64,000 nucleotides of DNA from Guillardia theta CCMP2712 (Eukaryota; Protista; Cryptophyta), in NCBI RefSeq assembly GCF_000315625.1, contig NW_005434566.1, forward strand, positions 140,903-204,902, read 5' to 3'. The first letter of the stretch is position 1. Each line of letters opens with the position of its first letter. Below the pieces are notes generated by a model. That model made no database searches and had not been told where the DNA came from. It was given only the letters and a program-made list of their open reading frames with translations. Below are positions 25,501 through 38,849 of this stretch, one piece after another. Position numbers and translations under genes: made by a program.

Positions 25501-26750
25501 AAGAGGACGGAGAGGACGGGAGGAGAGCTGTCTGATCTGATGATGGCACGATGGTGATACCGGTAGCCTTGGGTATACCGATTGTCATGGAAAGGATGTT
25601 GGAGGAGGTGTGGGAGGCAGAAGAACGAAGACATCATGTTGTTGATGGTTATGAGCGTCAAGCTGATGTTTTCTTGTAGCAAGCTGATCGACCTCGGATA
25701 CGAAGGCAAGGAGCCTCGCAAGATGTACAGGTACATGTTCACTTCTTAGAGAATTTCTCCCTTCACGGCATCCCTCGTGTTAAAAGTTTGCATGTTGCTC
25801 CTGTTACCGAATCCTCCTCGTTCCCACCCTCACCTTTGCACGTTACATCTCCTACCTCAGTTTTCTGGCCTGTGTACCGTCTGACTCCCGTGGCAGGCAC
25901 AGATAGAGAGGCTAGAGGAAGAAAACAGCTCTCTGCGAGCCATTTCCAAGTATCTTATGCAGGAGAGGAAAGAGCTCGTCAAGAAGGTGATGCAGATGCA
26001 TTTTGCTCCGGGGATGTCTTGTTTACTCATTGCTCAATGCCTTTCAAAACTTTCATGCTGATCCCTCCCTTTCTTGACCCTCCCTCATCTCTCCTGCATT
26101 TCCTCTCTTCGCTCCTCTTTATCCCATGCAGCCTCCTGTTGTCTTCTTTGCAGCTATCCTATTACTGAGCTCTCCGTTGGCTTCCAGGCTGAGATTGCGT
26201 CAAAACGAAACCAAAACCTGATGAGTCTGATGAAAGTGATGAGATGGAAACTGGGATGTAACGAGCAGGTAAGCCAAATGCTTGCGCCTCTGCTGTTGTT
26301 GAATTGTGTCTCTGTCGCTCGTTCATGCGTTCAACGCTGATACTTGTGACAGGATGTTGAGCATGACGAAATGGGGCATGGCCAGCCAGCAGGGTGAGGA
26401 GGAGAGAAAGAAGGGACGAGGGAGGAGAATAGGAGGGCAAGGGGAGTGGGAGAGAACAGGGCGGGAAGGGAAGGAGTCAGTGACTCAGGTTTCTGCTGAT
26501 GTTGTAAAGATTCTGATGTAAACCCGCAGGTCGTCGATGCAGGATGCGAATATTTTTTTGGGGGAAGAGATTGGTGTTGATGTAGGTGAGTGAAGACAAA
26601 AATTGTTTGACAAAGAGCTGTAGATGTTTCATGATGGTGGTGGCGATGGCCAAATTAGAATGATCATGAAGATGGAGGAGATGATGATTGTGATGACGAT
26701 GAAAGTGAAAAGGAAGGGGACGAGGAGGAGGAGCAGGTGCGAGTGTGGTT

Positions 26751-26791
<41 letters not shown>

Positions 26792-27790
26792 TGCATGAAG
26801 ATGATCTTGAGGACGAGGAGGAGCGAGAAGAGACAGGGTTGTAGACAGCTCTGACTGAAGTGTGCAGGTGATCGAGGGTTGACAAATTTAGAGTTCAATG
26901 CGGATGGGATGCTAGCAGAAGGTTCAACATACGGGGTGAGAGTCGAGGGGACTGACAACATAAAGTCTCAGATGGAGGGATAAGAGATCATGTCAATGGG
27001 CCGGACCATGACGCAAGACTGCAAGGGAGCGACATCTGGTAAGGAAATGTCCTGGGTTTGTTGTGTTTGTAGAGACCCAAAATGACGATGAGGGAGTCTT
27101 GGCTTGTTGTTGAAGATCATGGAAGTGATGATGATGAGAACAGAGTTGTTGGTGTCCTACTTGTTTTCCCTGCTCCTGCTCTTGCAACCCGATGATGTAG
27201 ATGATGGTGCTGTTTCAGGTTTTCTGGGGGGGCTGGAGATCATCCGGACGAGTTATTGTCTGATCTGATCTAGTCTACTATTTTTCTGTTTCTGTTTTTT
27301 CCTTTTTTGTGGTTTTTTGATGGGAGAGACGCTGCGGATCGGCTGGGAAAGGTGCAACAAGTTTGTTTCAAGAAGATAGAAGAATGCAGTGGAGGATGAT
27401 GATGATTACCATGATGAATGTGATGATGATGAAAATGAGGATGACTCCTTCATTCAAAAGCTAGTATCTCTACCCCTCATGTTGTTCCCTCCTGTTTTAT
27501 GCTTGTAAATTTGAAATCCTAAGCATTACCTCGTAAATTACAATGAAAGTTGACACAATCACGACATTGACGCGAGTGCGATGCAAAGGACACGCCAAGG
27601 CTTGCAGCATTCATTATGCAATCACTTGAAAGTCTTGCTCCCTCTCCTCTCATTCCCATAGCATCCTTCTCTCACTTCCCTTCTACTCCTTTGCGTTCAT
27701 TCTCCTTCCTTTCTCTTGGCTCAAGGTTGTCATCTTTGCGTTGTTAGCTGATCTTAGCAAGAACAAGAAAAGGTTTGAGCTCCTCAGCAC

Positions 27791-30700
27791 CTACTCAAAC
27801 ACAGTCAAACCCTTGACATGCACACACCAAACTCGTCAAGTCTCACTCTCAAGTAACAGGAAGTCTTGATCCAAGTACGCGATCTGCAGAGTTTCTTCAC
27901 TTCTGCCTGCCTCATTGGAAGCAAGACACCTCATACTCCTGCGACTTTTCTCCGTCCGCAGCGAACGTGAAACTCAGCACCTTGTTGCCCACTGGCTTCC
28001 ATGAACCCCTCGCCTCCACCCCATTGCCTATCACGGTGGCATCACATAACTCGCTGCGATCAGGAAACAAATGTGGGCATGAGAGTAGGCTGAGAAGAAG
28101 AACACCATGAAGAAAACAAACAAGAACAAAAACGAACAACAAAGACAAAACAAACGACTGAGAGATCAACAAGACCAAGACGATGAAATAGAAACCGGAT
28201 TGGTTGGCTTTCATCTCAACAACAACATCCTTTGGCTCCTCCCTGCCTCGCATCGTTAGCCCGCACCCTCCCGCTCCTGACGCGCTGCAGTCACAAGATT
28301 GAGCATGTCGCTTCCAGTGGCGCTCGTTTCAACTAGGAGGGAACTTCAGTGACAGAGAGGAGTCGAGCTCATGCGATCTTCTTACCTGGTCGTCACTCTC
28401 ACTGTCACTGAACCTGCGCCGTCAACGTCAGGGCTGAGAACAGAAGAAGGGGAAAGCACAACAGTTTCTCCGAGCGAGCGATGGCTCGGAAACTGCGTGA
28501 CATGTCAGTGCATGACACAGAGGAGAAGAAACACAATGAGGCGATCGCTACGCCCCATCAATCTTGTGTGAGCATTCAGATACGAGGACAGGAGGAGGAG
28601 GAGGAGGACAGGAGGAGGAGGAGGAGGAGAGGGAGGAGGAGAGGGAGGAGGAGGAGGAGGAGGAGGAGGAGGAGGAGGAGGAGGAGGAGGAGGAGAAGTG
28701 CAATTCAACTTTCCTATTCAAGTTCATGGGATGGTTCAAAAGCTGATATTTTCCTGCGATGACCTGATACATCATCAACACAATCCAAGAACAACAAAAG
28801 AATATCAAATAAGAGAACACAAGGAACATCGGATCAGAACACATGTTTGTAAAACCAGTACAGAAGCATCAAGACAATTGTGAGAGCTCAGCACAAGATA
28901 ACACATAACAAGGAAACAGTTGTAGATCGTACGATGATTCACCTCAACTTGTTTGGTCGGAGCTGAGAACGGGTTGACGCTGTCATGGAGGGAGGAACAA
29001 GTCAACATGTTTCCATCTCATCCGGACAATCAGCAGACACTAACGTCTTGAGCTGCTTGAGAAGATCGACAACGTTCTGGTCAGGGATCCCCTTGCTGCA
29101 GCAAATCAGATCAAAGTGAGAAAAGCAGACAACAGTGAGACGAACAACTAGGTGCTCTTTACATGGGCTGAGAAATCGGCCATGATGAGAATAGAACAAG
29201 ACGGGGAGAAGGAGATGATCGTGGAGGGAGACGGGAATGAGGAGGAGGAGCAAGAGGATCAGGAACAGAGTAAAAGAAAGAGGGGGAGAGGGGTTGGAGA
29301 TAAGACGAGGGAGGAGAAGAAGGGAGATATAAAAAGCATCCAAACATGAATCGAACAAACCTGGACAGGAGTTGCTCTCTGATCAATTTTTTGGTCATTC
29401 TAGAACAGACACAACTCGTGACAAGAGGTCAACGCATGAAAGAAAAGAAAAAATGGCGATGACGATTACGATGGGGATGATGGTGACGATGATAACGATA
29501 GGGATGAAGAGTATTAATGGTGCTATTTGTGGTTATGGCAAGGAAAGAACGTGGTTGACAAAGGGAATTGAGATACTTGTCACCGACGAGATGAGATCAG
29601 TTCAGATGAGATCAGATCAGAGGAGATGAGATGAGATGAGATAAATGAGATGAGATAAGATGGGATGGGATGGGATGGGATGAGATGAGATGAGATGAGG
29701 GGAGGTGAGGTCAGGAGCAACAAACCTCAACATCTTGGCATATTGTTGGATGGAGGCCGTGTCCCCGATGCCTTGGATGTCGTCTTTGGCGGCAAGGAGG
29801 AAATTCTCTCCTGCACTTTCATCGCTCGTCTTGTCTTGACCTGCACTGGCTTCTTTCTTCCAGTCGAGCTTCTTGTCTCTTGACAACAACTCTCGTCAAG
29901 AGAGAAGGGCTGTCAGACACAACTCACGAATATTCCTTCTTCATCATCGTCTGAAGTTTCTTTCCCTCATACAAAACCTCCGTCTTCACCAACTTCTCGG
30001 CTGTATCCTGGCTGTTTGCAAGCAGACCAATCACCATCAACATCAACAAATACATACTGGTTGCTGATGCCATACTGGTTGCTGATGCCATAAACATTCT
30101 TACCTTTCAAACTCAATGCATGCAATCCCATCAAAAACTCCATGTTTCGCTCGTTCCATCCGCACACTCAGCACCTTTACCCACAGAGCCTCCAATCAGC
30201 CGCGTTCGCAACTTCCCCCATCCTCTCACCTTGCCGTACTTCGAGAAGAACTTCTGCAGCTGCTGCAGAGTCGAGCTCTCAGGCAGAAGACCAACAACAA
30301 CACTCTTGTCAAGGGTCTTGTCTTGTGTCGGTATCGGAGAAGTCCTCCGTATCATTGTTCCTTCCGCGTTCACCTCCACCGTCTTAGAGTCCCTCACACT
30401 ATCGATCATCATCGACGTCGTCGCTCCCATCATTGACAACCTCTTGAACTTTGCGATCAGCCCAAGCGAGACCCACCCCTGCGGGTCCTCGGAGATCTTG
30501 TTCATCAGGAAGGTATCTCGCGGAAGATTGGAGTCGCTGAAGTAGAACTCCAACTGTTCCCTGATCTGCTCGAGCTTGCTCTTTCCGTCTGCCTCTGAAC
30601 TCCCTCCTCCCACTGCCTTGTTCTGGGTGATCCGCTCTGCCCCATCAGATGCGCTCATACCGCGGCGCAAGCTCCGAGCAAAGCGCAGAGAGTGTGGGTT

Positions 30701-31214
30701 GGTCGGCTTGCCGAAGGAAGACATTTGATTGGAGGTTGTTGAGAAGTGCTGAAAACATCGCATCAGTTGCTGTTCTGTCGCAGATGAGCAAACGATGAAA
30801 GATCCAAGTCGTTACCTTGATCGAGCTCCGAGAGACGAGAGAGCAACTCTTGCCTTGTAACAGGAAGCCTTCTGAATTCAGAATGAAACGACTGGTCGGT
30901 GAGGCAAACAAGAGAAAACTCGGCGCTGCAGACTAGAGTGTTAGCCAAGAACATTTCACACAATGAAATCTCGTCACTGACATAGCAATGTTACAGAGAC
31001 ATGTTGGGGAAAGTGAATGAAGATTGTGATGGGGATGCAGATACAGAGAAAGGATTGGAAAAGTTGGAGAAGGCAAGAGAAGAGAGGGGAAGAGAAGCAG
31101 CAACATGGCACAGCAGCATATCTTCATCATCTTACATGTTCTCATCAGCATTGTTCCTTCTCCCTTCGCCCCTGCCGCCATCGCTGCCAGCATGACCGTG
31201 ATGCGCCCCGCCAT
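27791..31214 (-). CDS. La-module protein (La motif + RRM1) apparently fused in frame to a C-terminal PAP/fibrillin-like domain
   Basis: La motif: IREQLEFYFSDSNLPRDTFLMNKISEDPQGWVSLGLIAKFKRL...IRR. RRM1: SVVVGLLP...FFSKYGK...FDGIACIEFESQDTAEKLV...MMKKEY. In-phase GT-AG splicing continues to QNVVDLLKQLKTVNPFSAPTKQVEVIAGKYQLL ... EETLQIAYLDQDFLLL...GLTVFE*. The La part is certain; the fibrillin call and the 5' exons are less so. Confidence 0.75.
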
Positions 31215-31399
31215 TAATGGATGAGATGACTGCTAGTTGATATCCCCGGTGTTGCTAGTGTAAATGATCCAAAAATTTCAAAAACCATGAGCTAAAATTG
31301 CAATCAATTACTTCTCAAAACTTCAAAAACACAAATTGTATTTGAAATCTTTCAATCTGTGGATAGCAGGAGCTGAGGCGGACTTGAGGAAAGTCTCAT

Positions 31400-31655
31400 G
31401 TACCCCCTGCATTCCCCATGAGTACCCACCCTTTTCTAACCACCAACGATCTCATTTCGTGGCGCTCCTCTATGTCCCACAGCACCCCCATCAGCTAACC
31501 CCAATAAAAGTGTACCCCACCCACCATTGAATTGCGATATTGAAAATGTACCCCTTCATTTCAGCGGTAATCACCCCTTTTTGACATTGAAAATGGCACA
31601 ATGCATGTACCCCGTACCCATATGAAGATACCCCCACCCTGAGGGTTAAACCCTG
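31400..31655 (+). repeat. Short C-rich TACCC/CACCC tract in a divergent promoter
   Basis: GTACCCC/CACCC words between the La-fusion gene (-) and the desaturase gene (+). Confidence 0.6.
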
Positions 31656-31667
31656 TCAAAGTTATTA

Positions 31668-31738
31668 GGCGCCATGCAGGGCTTGAACCAGTAACCACGT
31701 AAGCGAGGCATGCGCTGATACCACTCCACCACCACCAC
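31668..31738 (-). pseudogene. Degenerate tRNA-like sequence (tRNA-Ala-like pseudogene or tRNA-derived SINE head)
   Basis: The minus strand reads GGTGGTGGTGGAGTGGTATCAGCGCATGCCTCGCTTACGTGGTTACTGGTTCAAGCCCTGCATGGCGCC. A box TGGTGGAGTGG (31721-31731) and B box GGTTCAAGCCC (31679-31689) are at tRNA spacing. The stems pair poorly. Confidence 0.5.
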
Positions 31739-32038
31739 CTCCTCCTCCACCACCACCACCACCACATCTTGCTCCTCCTTCTGAACTATACGCACCTTCT
31801 GTTGATCCTTCTCCTGCTACTTCTCCAACTTCCCCTGCTCCATCCCTGATTCTCCGACAGCTGCTTGTGCAGCGCACTGCTCATGCTCATGGTCCCGATC
31901 CTGCCTTCCTGCTCCGTTATCTCTCTTACTCACCGATTGTGCAGACGTAGTTTCTCCTCATTCCTTCACTTCTGATCAACGAGCTGCCTGGAAGCGCTTC
32001 CTTCAGTTTTCCTGAGGCTTCAGCAGCTACACAGGACC

Positions 32039-33451
32039 ATGTCTCAGACTGGCGGGCTGGTGAACACGGACATCACAGCCAAGAGGAACGAGTTCTATTT
32101 CTATCCCCCCAAGTTCATAGACAACTTCTTCAGGAGGTCCTGCAAGGATGAGCGGGACATGCCTCTAATCTACCTCTTCTTCAACATCACATGCCTGACG
32201 CTCCCAGGGGCTGCTCTGGTGTTTTATCTTGGGACCAACATGGCAGGAGCCATCTACTTCCTCATCAACCTCTTCACCTTCCAGGAGCGATTCACACTTG
32301 GCCTGCACTTTGCATCGCATCGCAGTCTGTTCCGCTCGCCATGGCTCAACGGCTGGGCGCCGTACGTGCTCTCCCCGTTCTTTGGCATTCCCAGCGGCAT
32401 CTACTTCATTCATCATTGCATCATGCACCATGTTGAGAACAACGTCTTCCCCTGGGACGTCAGCTCCACTGAACCATACCAGAGAGACAACTTTCTGCAC
32501 TTTCTGCACTACTGGATGAGATTTCTTTTCGCAATCTGGTTCGAGTTGCCATACTATGCGTGGAGGAGAGGAAGAAAGGAGCTGGCCGTGTACGGAGCAT
32601 GCTGCGTGCTTGGATTCATGACCGCGATGTACTTCCTGTATCAGGCGAACAGCATCGCCACATTCTGGGTGTTCCTCCTGCCGACATTTGTATGCTCGCT
32701 GCTCCTGAGTAAGATGGCGAATCTTGTTGCTTCACGTTGAGTGTGATTGTGATGGTGGCAGTGTTTGGAAACTGGTCACAGCACATCTTCGTGGATCCCA
32801 AGAAGCCTGACTGCAACTATCACCTCACTTACAACATCATCAACACACCTCTGAACCAGAAGACCTTCAACGACGGCTATCACCTGGAGCACCATGTACA
32901 GTCCCGCCGTCACTGGAGTGAGGTCAGAGCACGTCGATCGCGGTTGCATGCTCCGCCCCTCACTCTGTGCTGTTGCTGCTGCAGCTTCCTGAGTCGTTCA
33001 TGAAGAACATCGACAAGTACGTTCAAGAGGATGCAGTTGTAATCTTGCCTTCTCCCGCTGCAGCAGCGTCTTGATTTGCCATCAGGTCTTCTCGGGTTTG
33101 GATTTCATGGCTGTTGGGATGCTCGTCATCTTCAGGCAGTACAAGGTGACGAACAGCTGATTGTTCTCATCGTCCTCCACTTTCAGCTCTTCCTGCCATG
33201 TGAATGGCATTCCCTCTGTCCCCTTTTTCACGCATCGGCATCTTGATTGATCAGCACTGAAACTGAAGTTGTTGGTCCACAGGTCCTGGCCAACCGTTTT
33301 GTACAGCTCAAGAGCCCTCCTCTCAACCAAAGTCAGGTTTGTATCGTCCTTGTCTATGAAGATTCACTTGTTATCGTGTCTTACCTCGCATCTCCAGATT
33401 GAAACTCTTCTGCGGTCCCGCCTCGTTCCTATCAATCGCAAACAGCAGTGA
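32039..33451 (+). CDS. Membrane fatty-acid desaturase superfamily protein (His-box)
   Basis: TM segments plus His boxes HFASH, HHCIMHHVENN, FGNWSQHIF and FNDGYHLEHH, and the conserved SSTEPYQRDNFLHFLHYW. Several short introns; ends ...RLVPINRKQQ*. Confidence 0.85.
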
Positions 33452-33899
33452 TACAGTCTCTGGCTTGTTCGCCGGCAGGCATCACAGAGCTTGTTCCTTA
33501 TGTTATTCTTTGAGAGTTTTGTTTCGAGTGACAAAGATGCTGGAGAGGAAGAAGGATTCCTTGCATGTTCGGGCTGAGAGTTTGTGGAGGAAAACAGTTG
33601 AAACTTAGGCTCGAAAAGAAGTAAGGAAGGAGGGTTGAAATAAAGTGTCAATGGTGCGTGTATCGGCTCTATCTGACGACAATCAAGCAAATGATTTAGA
33701 GAGAACATTTATCCACAGCTTGCAAAAGGAAAGGATGGAAGAGACGTTAGAGAAAAAGAGCAAAAAGACCTCCCAGTATTCCTCCACATGACAGCGGGAC
33801 CTTGAAAGCTGTCAGATTGATCGCATTCTCCTCACCCTCCTCTTGTTCATTTGACGCTCTTCGCATACTGACTTTCACTTCTCACCATAGCATCTCTCT

Positions 33900-35033
33900 C
33901 AAACAGGTTCCACCACTGCTCTCTCTGCTACCATTTCAATTTTGTCCTTGCTCTCCTGTGTAGCATTGATACTTCCTTCTTCCTATCGATACCTCCTCCT
34001 TCATACTCTCACCTTGCCCTATATCGTCTTCTACTCTCCCCCCCCCCCTCCCCATTCGCTCAACCTCCCCAAACCAGATTCCTTCCCCTCACTCCCCTCC
34101 TCCGTCCTTCCTCACGTTTGTTCGCAATATCACTCGCTCGATCCTCTTCCACACTTCCTGCGAGCAGTCGATCAGATGAAGGTACAAACAAACGAGGGGG
34201 GGGAGAGAAGAGAAAGACGAAGGCGAGTTCGAGGGTATGATGGAGGATTGAGACTGAGCGTGCAGAGGACTCCGGGAGAGACAAGGAGGAGGAGAGATGA
34301 GGAAAAAGGATGAAGAAGCGGCACCTTAGCATCCTTTGCATCAATGCTGCCGTCCTGATTGACATCCAACATCTGACATGAGCGTGGCATGTGACTCCAT
34401 CGTTCCTCTCCCCATCCCCCCGTCCTCTTCCTCACCCGCTTCGCCATCCCCCGGAACTTGTCTCGGTTATGCGTCATCCTCTCGATCACCTCAACAGAGC
34501 CCAACACCTCAGCTGGGGGACCAGGCGGGCAGGAGACGGGCTCACCTCATCGTAGTCCAGCCCTGCATAGCCGAAGAACACAGCAGCAAAGAAGCTAAGG
34601 CTGCTGAGGATCAACATCTGATCTCACTGTCTTACTTCCTTCCAGACCTCACGCCCTCTTGCTCACCTTGACGACGCTGATTGCTAAAGACCTGACAATC
34701 TTTCCCACAAGGTATCCGACAACTCCCCCTGATCAACACACCCACATGTCAAGAAAAGAATCTCCTTCCTCCCCAGATCCCTTGACCTGACAGGAGCATC
34801 TTGGTAGACTCCCCGTACTTGACTTGCAGCTCCCTCAGGGGATGCTTGCTAGTTGAGATGGTTTCCAGGATGTCTTGTCCAGCCCCCTTGAAAACCTGCG
34901 AACATCAATATCAGCTTCATTACAATGCACAAGCTATCACCTCTTCCAGCCCTTCATCTTCCTCGTCCTTACTGTAGCTGTGCACAGCCAGCAGCAGGCA
35001 CATGAGGAGAAAGCATTTCATCCCCCACCTCAT
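33900..35033 (-). CDS. FUN14-like small membrane protein with N-terminal hydrophobic leader and EF-hand-like loop
   Basis: Exons read MRWGMKCFLLMCLLLAVHS..., GGVVGYLVGKIV, LILSSLSFFAAVFFGYAGLDY and LDVNQDGSIDAKD. The GG..GY..gK plus second TM ending GY...d pattern resembles FUN14. The 3' end is approximate. Confidence 0.5.
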
Positions 35034-35450
35034 GTCTGCAGAGGAAAGAGGGTGAGAAGAGAACGCTTGTTATTACCCCAAGAAAGTTGTTCCCTCAAAA
35101 ATGTCAAACTCCGCAACATACTTGTTGCTGATGTATCTTTGGAGATAACCCAGTGTCTATCTTTCTCGTTCCCTTGCTCCCAATTTGTTTCCTCCAACTA
35201 GCAGCAACATCATACCTCCTTTCCTTCAGTCTCTCTATACTCCCATGACTTCCAACCCAGTCCCCGTCCCTCCTGCTCTTCATCAACCATATCATATTCC
35301 TGTCTCTATCTCGCATGTCTCGCACAACCATTCAATTCACTCCAGTCTCCCTACTTGTACTTCTCTTTCTTTATCCCTGCTTGCCGCCACAACCCACCGC
35401 CTTTCGCCTGCTATCCGCTATCCCTCGACACAATGTTCCATTTCCCCTCC

Positions 35451-35470
35451 TGCTGCTGCCGCTGCTGCTG

Positions 35471-35508
<38 letters not shown>

Positions 35509-35512
35509 ACTC

Positions 35513-35551
<39 letters not shown>

Positions 35552-35612
35552 CCTCTCCAACCCCCCCCCACTACCCCCCTACCCCTACGCCTACGCCTAC
35601 GCCTACGCCTAC
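35451..35612 (+). repeat. Compound (GCT)n/(CCTGCT)n/(CCTACG)n microsatellite
   Basis: Directly visible. Confidence 0.85.
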
Positions 35613-35888
35613 CCTTCCTCCTTTTCCTCTTTTTCCTCCTTCCCTCCCTCCTTCCCTCCACGCTCCCTCAGGCCAGCCGTGGCTTCAGCCCTCAACCAGT
35701 CTCAACATCACTCTATCGCTCTCTTTCTCCCTCCTCTATCCTTCCTTCCTCCCTCCCTCCCTTCTACAGCCAGCTCTCCTTCTCCGCGTGTTTCTTCCTA
35801 TCCTTCCCCGCCCCTCCTCTCCATCCTCCTTCCCCGCCCCGAGCATCCGCTCGCATATAAATTTTGGTACTTCACCTAGCCCTCCCTA

Positions 35889-36631
<743 letters not shown>

Positions 36632-37295
36632 TTAAGGGAAGAGCTGAGGAGAGAGGGAGAACTTTGGCTGTAAGAGCGAAAGTTGATGCGAGCAGGGAGA
36701 TGAGGGAGGGATAATGATGGCATGGAAGTCACGAATGCATGCGGAGAACGGAAGTCGAAGATGACTGGAAGTTCGGATTTAGAGAGTTTAAACGCATGAG
36801 TTTCAAGTGAATAGGATGAGACAGGTGGTATGATGTGAACATAGAAGATGTTGATGACAGAGAGGCTGTTCAATGAAGGATTATAACGACAATTGAGAAG
36901 GAGATGGATAAAACATAATGGATTGGAGGGTAGATCTTTCTTGGAGAGCAGAAGAGATGGAGCATGCAAGTTCAAGAGGTAGAGAGAGGTAGGAACAGAG
37001 TGCGTGAAATGAAGACTCTTTGATGCTGCAGATATCTGAGCAGCAGAAGACAGCGGTCAAAGAATTATTTACTTTTGAGATGAACATCGTCGTTTGATAT
37101 AATTCCTCAGCAATACCTGTTTCCGTTGAATGTAGTGCAAGTATACAACAGTGTCGTTAATAGTACACACAACTTCATTCGTTCATAAAGCACAATGCAG
37201 TTGTTCTAGAAATACTTGGTAAAGAAAAGGCCAACAATTCCTGTGCTGTCTGTTGCGAAAGATGAGCATGCAGCTTTAGAGCGTTTCATCATCAG

Positions 37296-38383
37296 TCATC
37301 TTCTTGCATCGCCATGTCCTGATCTTCGCCCAGCGCTGTTAAACTCATCGTCAAAAACGAACAGAGGACGTGCTGCAGGATGACCTCTTCCGATGTATCC
37401 CTTCCTTAGCCTGTTGCAATTCTTCTTCATCGAATCCTTGTCGTAGATGTACCTGAGCATTCAAAGATTACACAAGCAACCTTCACACAGGCCAACTGCT
37501 GCACCTGTAAGAGTACATAAAGTCCCTCTTCCCAGGATCTCCGTTCCTTGGTCCCCGTGTCCCCTTCATCGGCTGTTAAGGGGCTTCGTCAGATTCCCGG
37601 AAATCGTGGATGAGAATGGGGCGAAGTTCACGGTGTCGAACAAGCTGAGGAGAAGTAGGAAGAGAAGCTTACCTTGACGCCAATCTGTCGCAGGAGCTCA
37701 TAAACAGGCCCTGTGGGCTCCTTAATGTCCTTTCTTCCGTTGACCAGCCAGCATCTGTTCTCATCGTAGGCAACCATGTTCCTGATCGCCTGGTTGAACT
37801 CGTTGAGATCCTTGACCTGCATCTCACTGAACCCCAGGATGCTCTGCTCATCATCCACGCTTCTGATCAAGCGGACGATCCCGTGTTGCTCAAGAACGTG
37901 CAATAATTTCATGAGGTCCATAATCCGGTTTCGAGCATTTTGCTTCATTTCTATGCCAAGCTTTTCTTGCACGAGTCTTTCCAGAGCCAAGTTCGCATCC
38001 ACCTCTTTCATCTTCAAGATGCACTCAGCCGTCATATCATAGCAGCAAGAGGATTGTCGTGTTTCTGGCATCGACGCTCGATTGGACTTCAGATGATCTG
38101 TGATCGCGTTTTCCATGCTATTCACGATTGTGAAGCGTTTCTTAGACCAGTCAATGAAACCCATAGAGTCATCGGGCTTGCCAAGAGTCAAGCATTGGTG
38201 ATGGTCGGGAAAACCAAAAGGAAGAGAGGAGGGGCATTGAGTTTGGCCTATTTCGAAACACTCGCGATTCTGCGTCAAGTGATTCCCTTGAAGCACAGCA
38301 GGATTCAAGCTAGCATTCATCTGCACAACAAAATCAGTCATTTCCCATCGAAGCATGCATGTAAGAGTCAGAAACTTCTTCAT
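37296..38383 (-). CDS. Hypothetical protein, 3 exons; C-terminal domain possibly a divergent HSF-like winged helix
   Basis: The 251-aa ORF splices at ...VYELLRQIGVK|PMKGTRGPRNGDPGKRDFMYSYR|YIYDKDSMKKNCNRLRKG...* (TGA 37296-37298) through GT-AG introns. The start is uncertain. Confidence 0.7.
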
Positions 38384-38849
38384 GGGGCGGGAGAACAGAT
38401 GGGTTGAATGCTGGTCCTACTCCAGCAACGCAATACCCCTTGATCTGAAACGTTGGCACGAGCTACGACTGGCGCGAAAGGGTCTAGAGCACGAAAAGGA
38501 CTAATTCGGTGCATCATGGCTGGCATGAATTGAAGTGTGTGATGAAGGGCAAAGAAACCATGCGAATGAATCTAACATCGACCCGAATGGTCACGTTGGG
38601 GCGAGTGGCGCACGAGGACAGAAGGGCATCTAGCAAAGAGGATGAGCTGAGACAAATACAAGTGGGATCACGCTACGAAGCATTACAGAGGATCTTGAAG
38701 GGAGCTAAGGATAGGATCGCGACTGAGGAGCAGTCAGAATCAGAGGGTGGAGATAGGGGAGATACAGAGGTTGGCGTCCTCTCAAAGGGCCGGAAAAGGA
38801 GCTGGGGGAAGGAGGATGCGACGGAGAGGGATGATAGTGGAGGCGGAGT

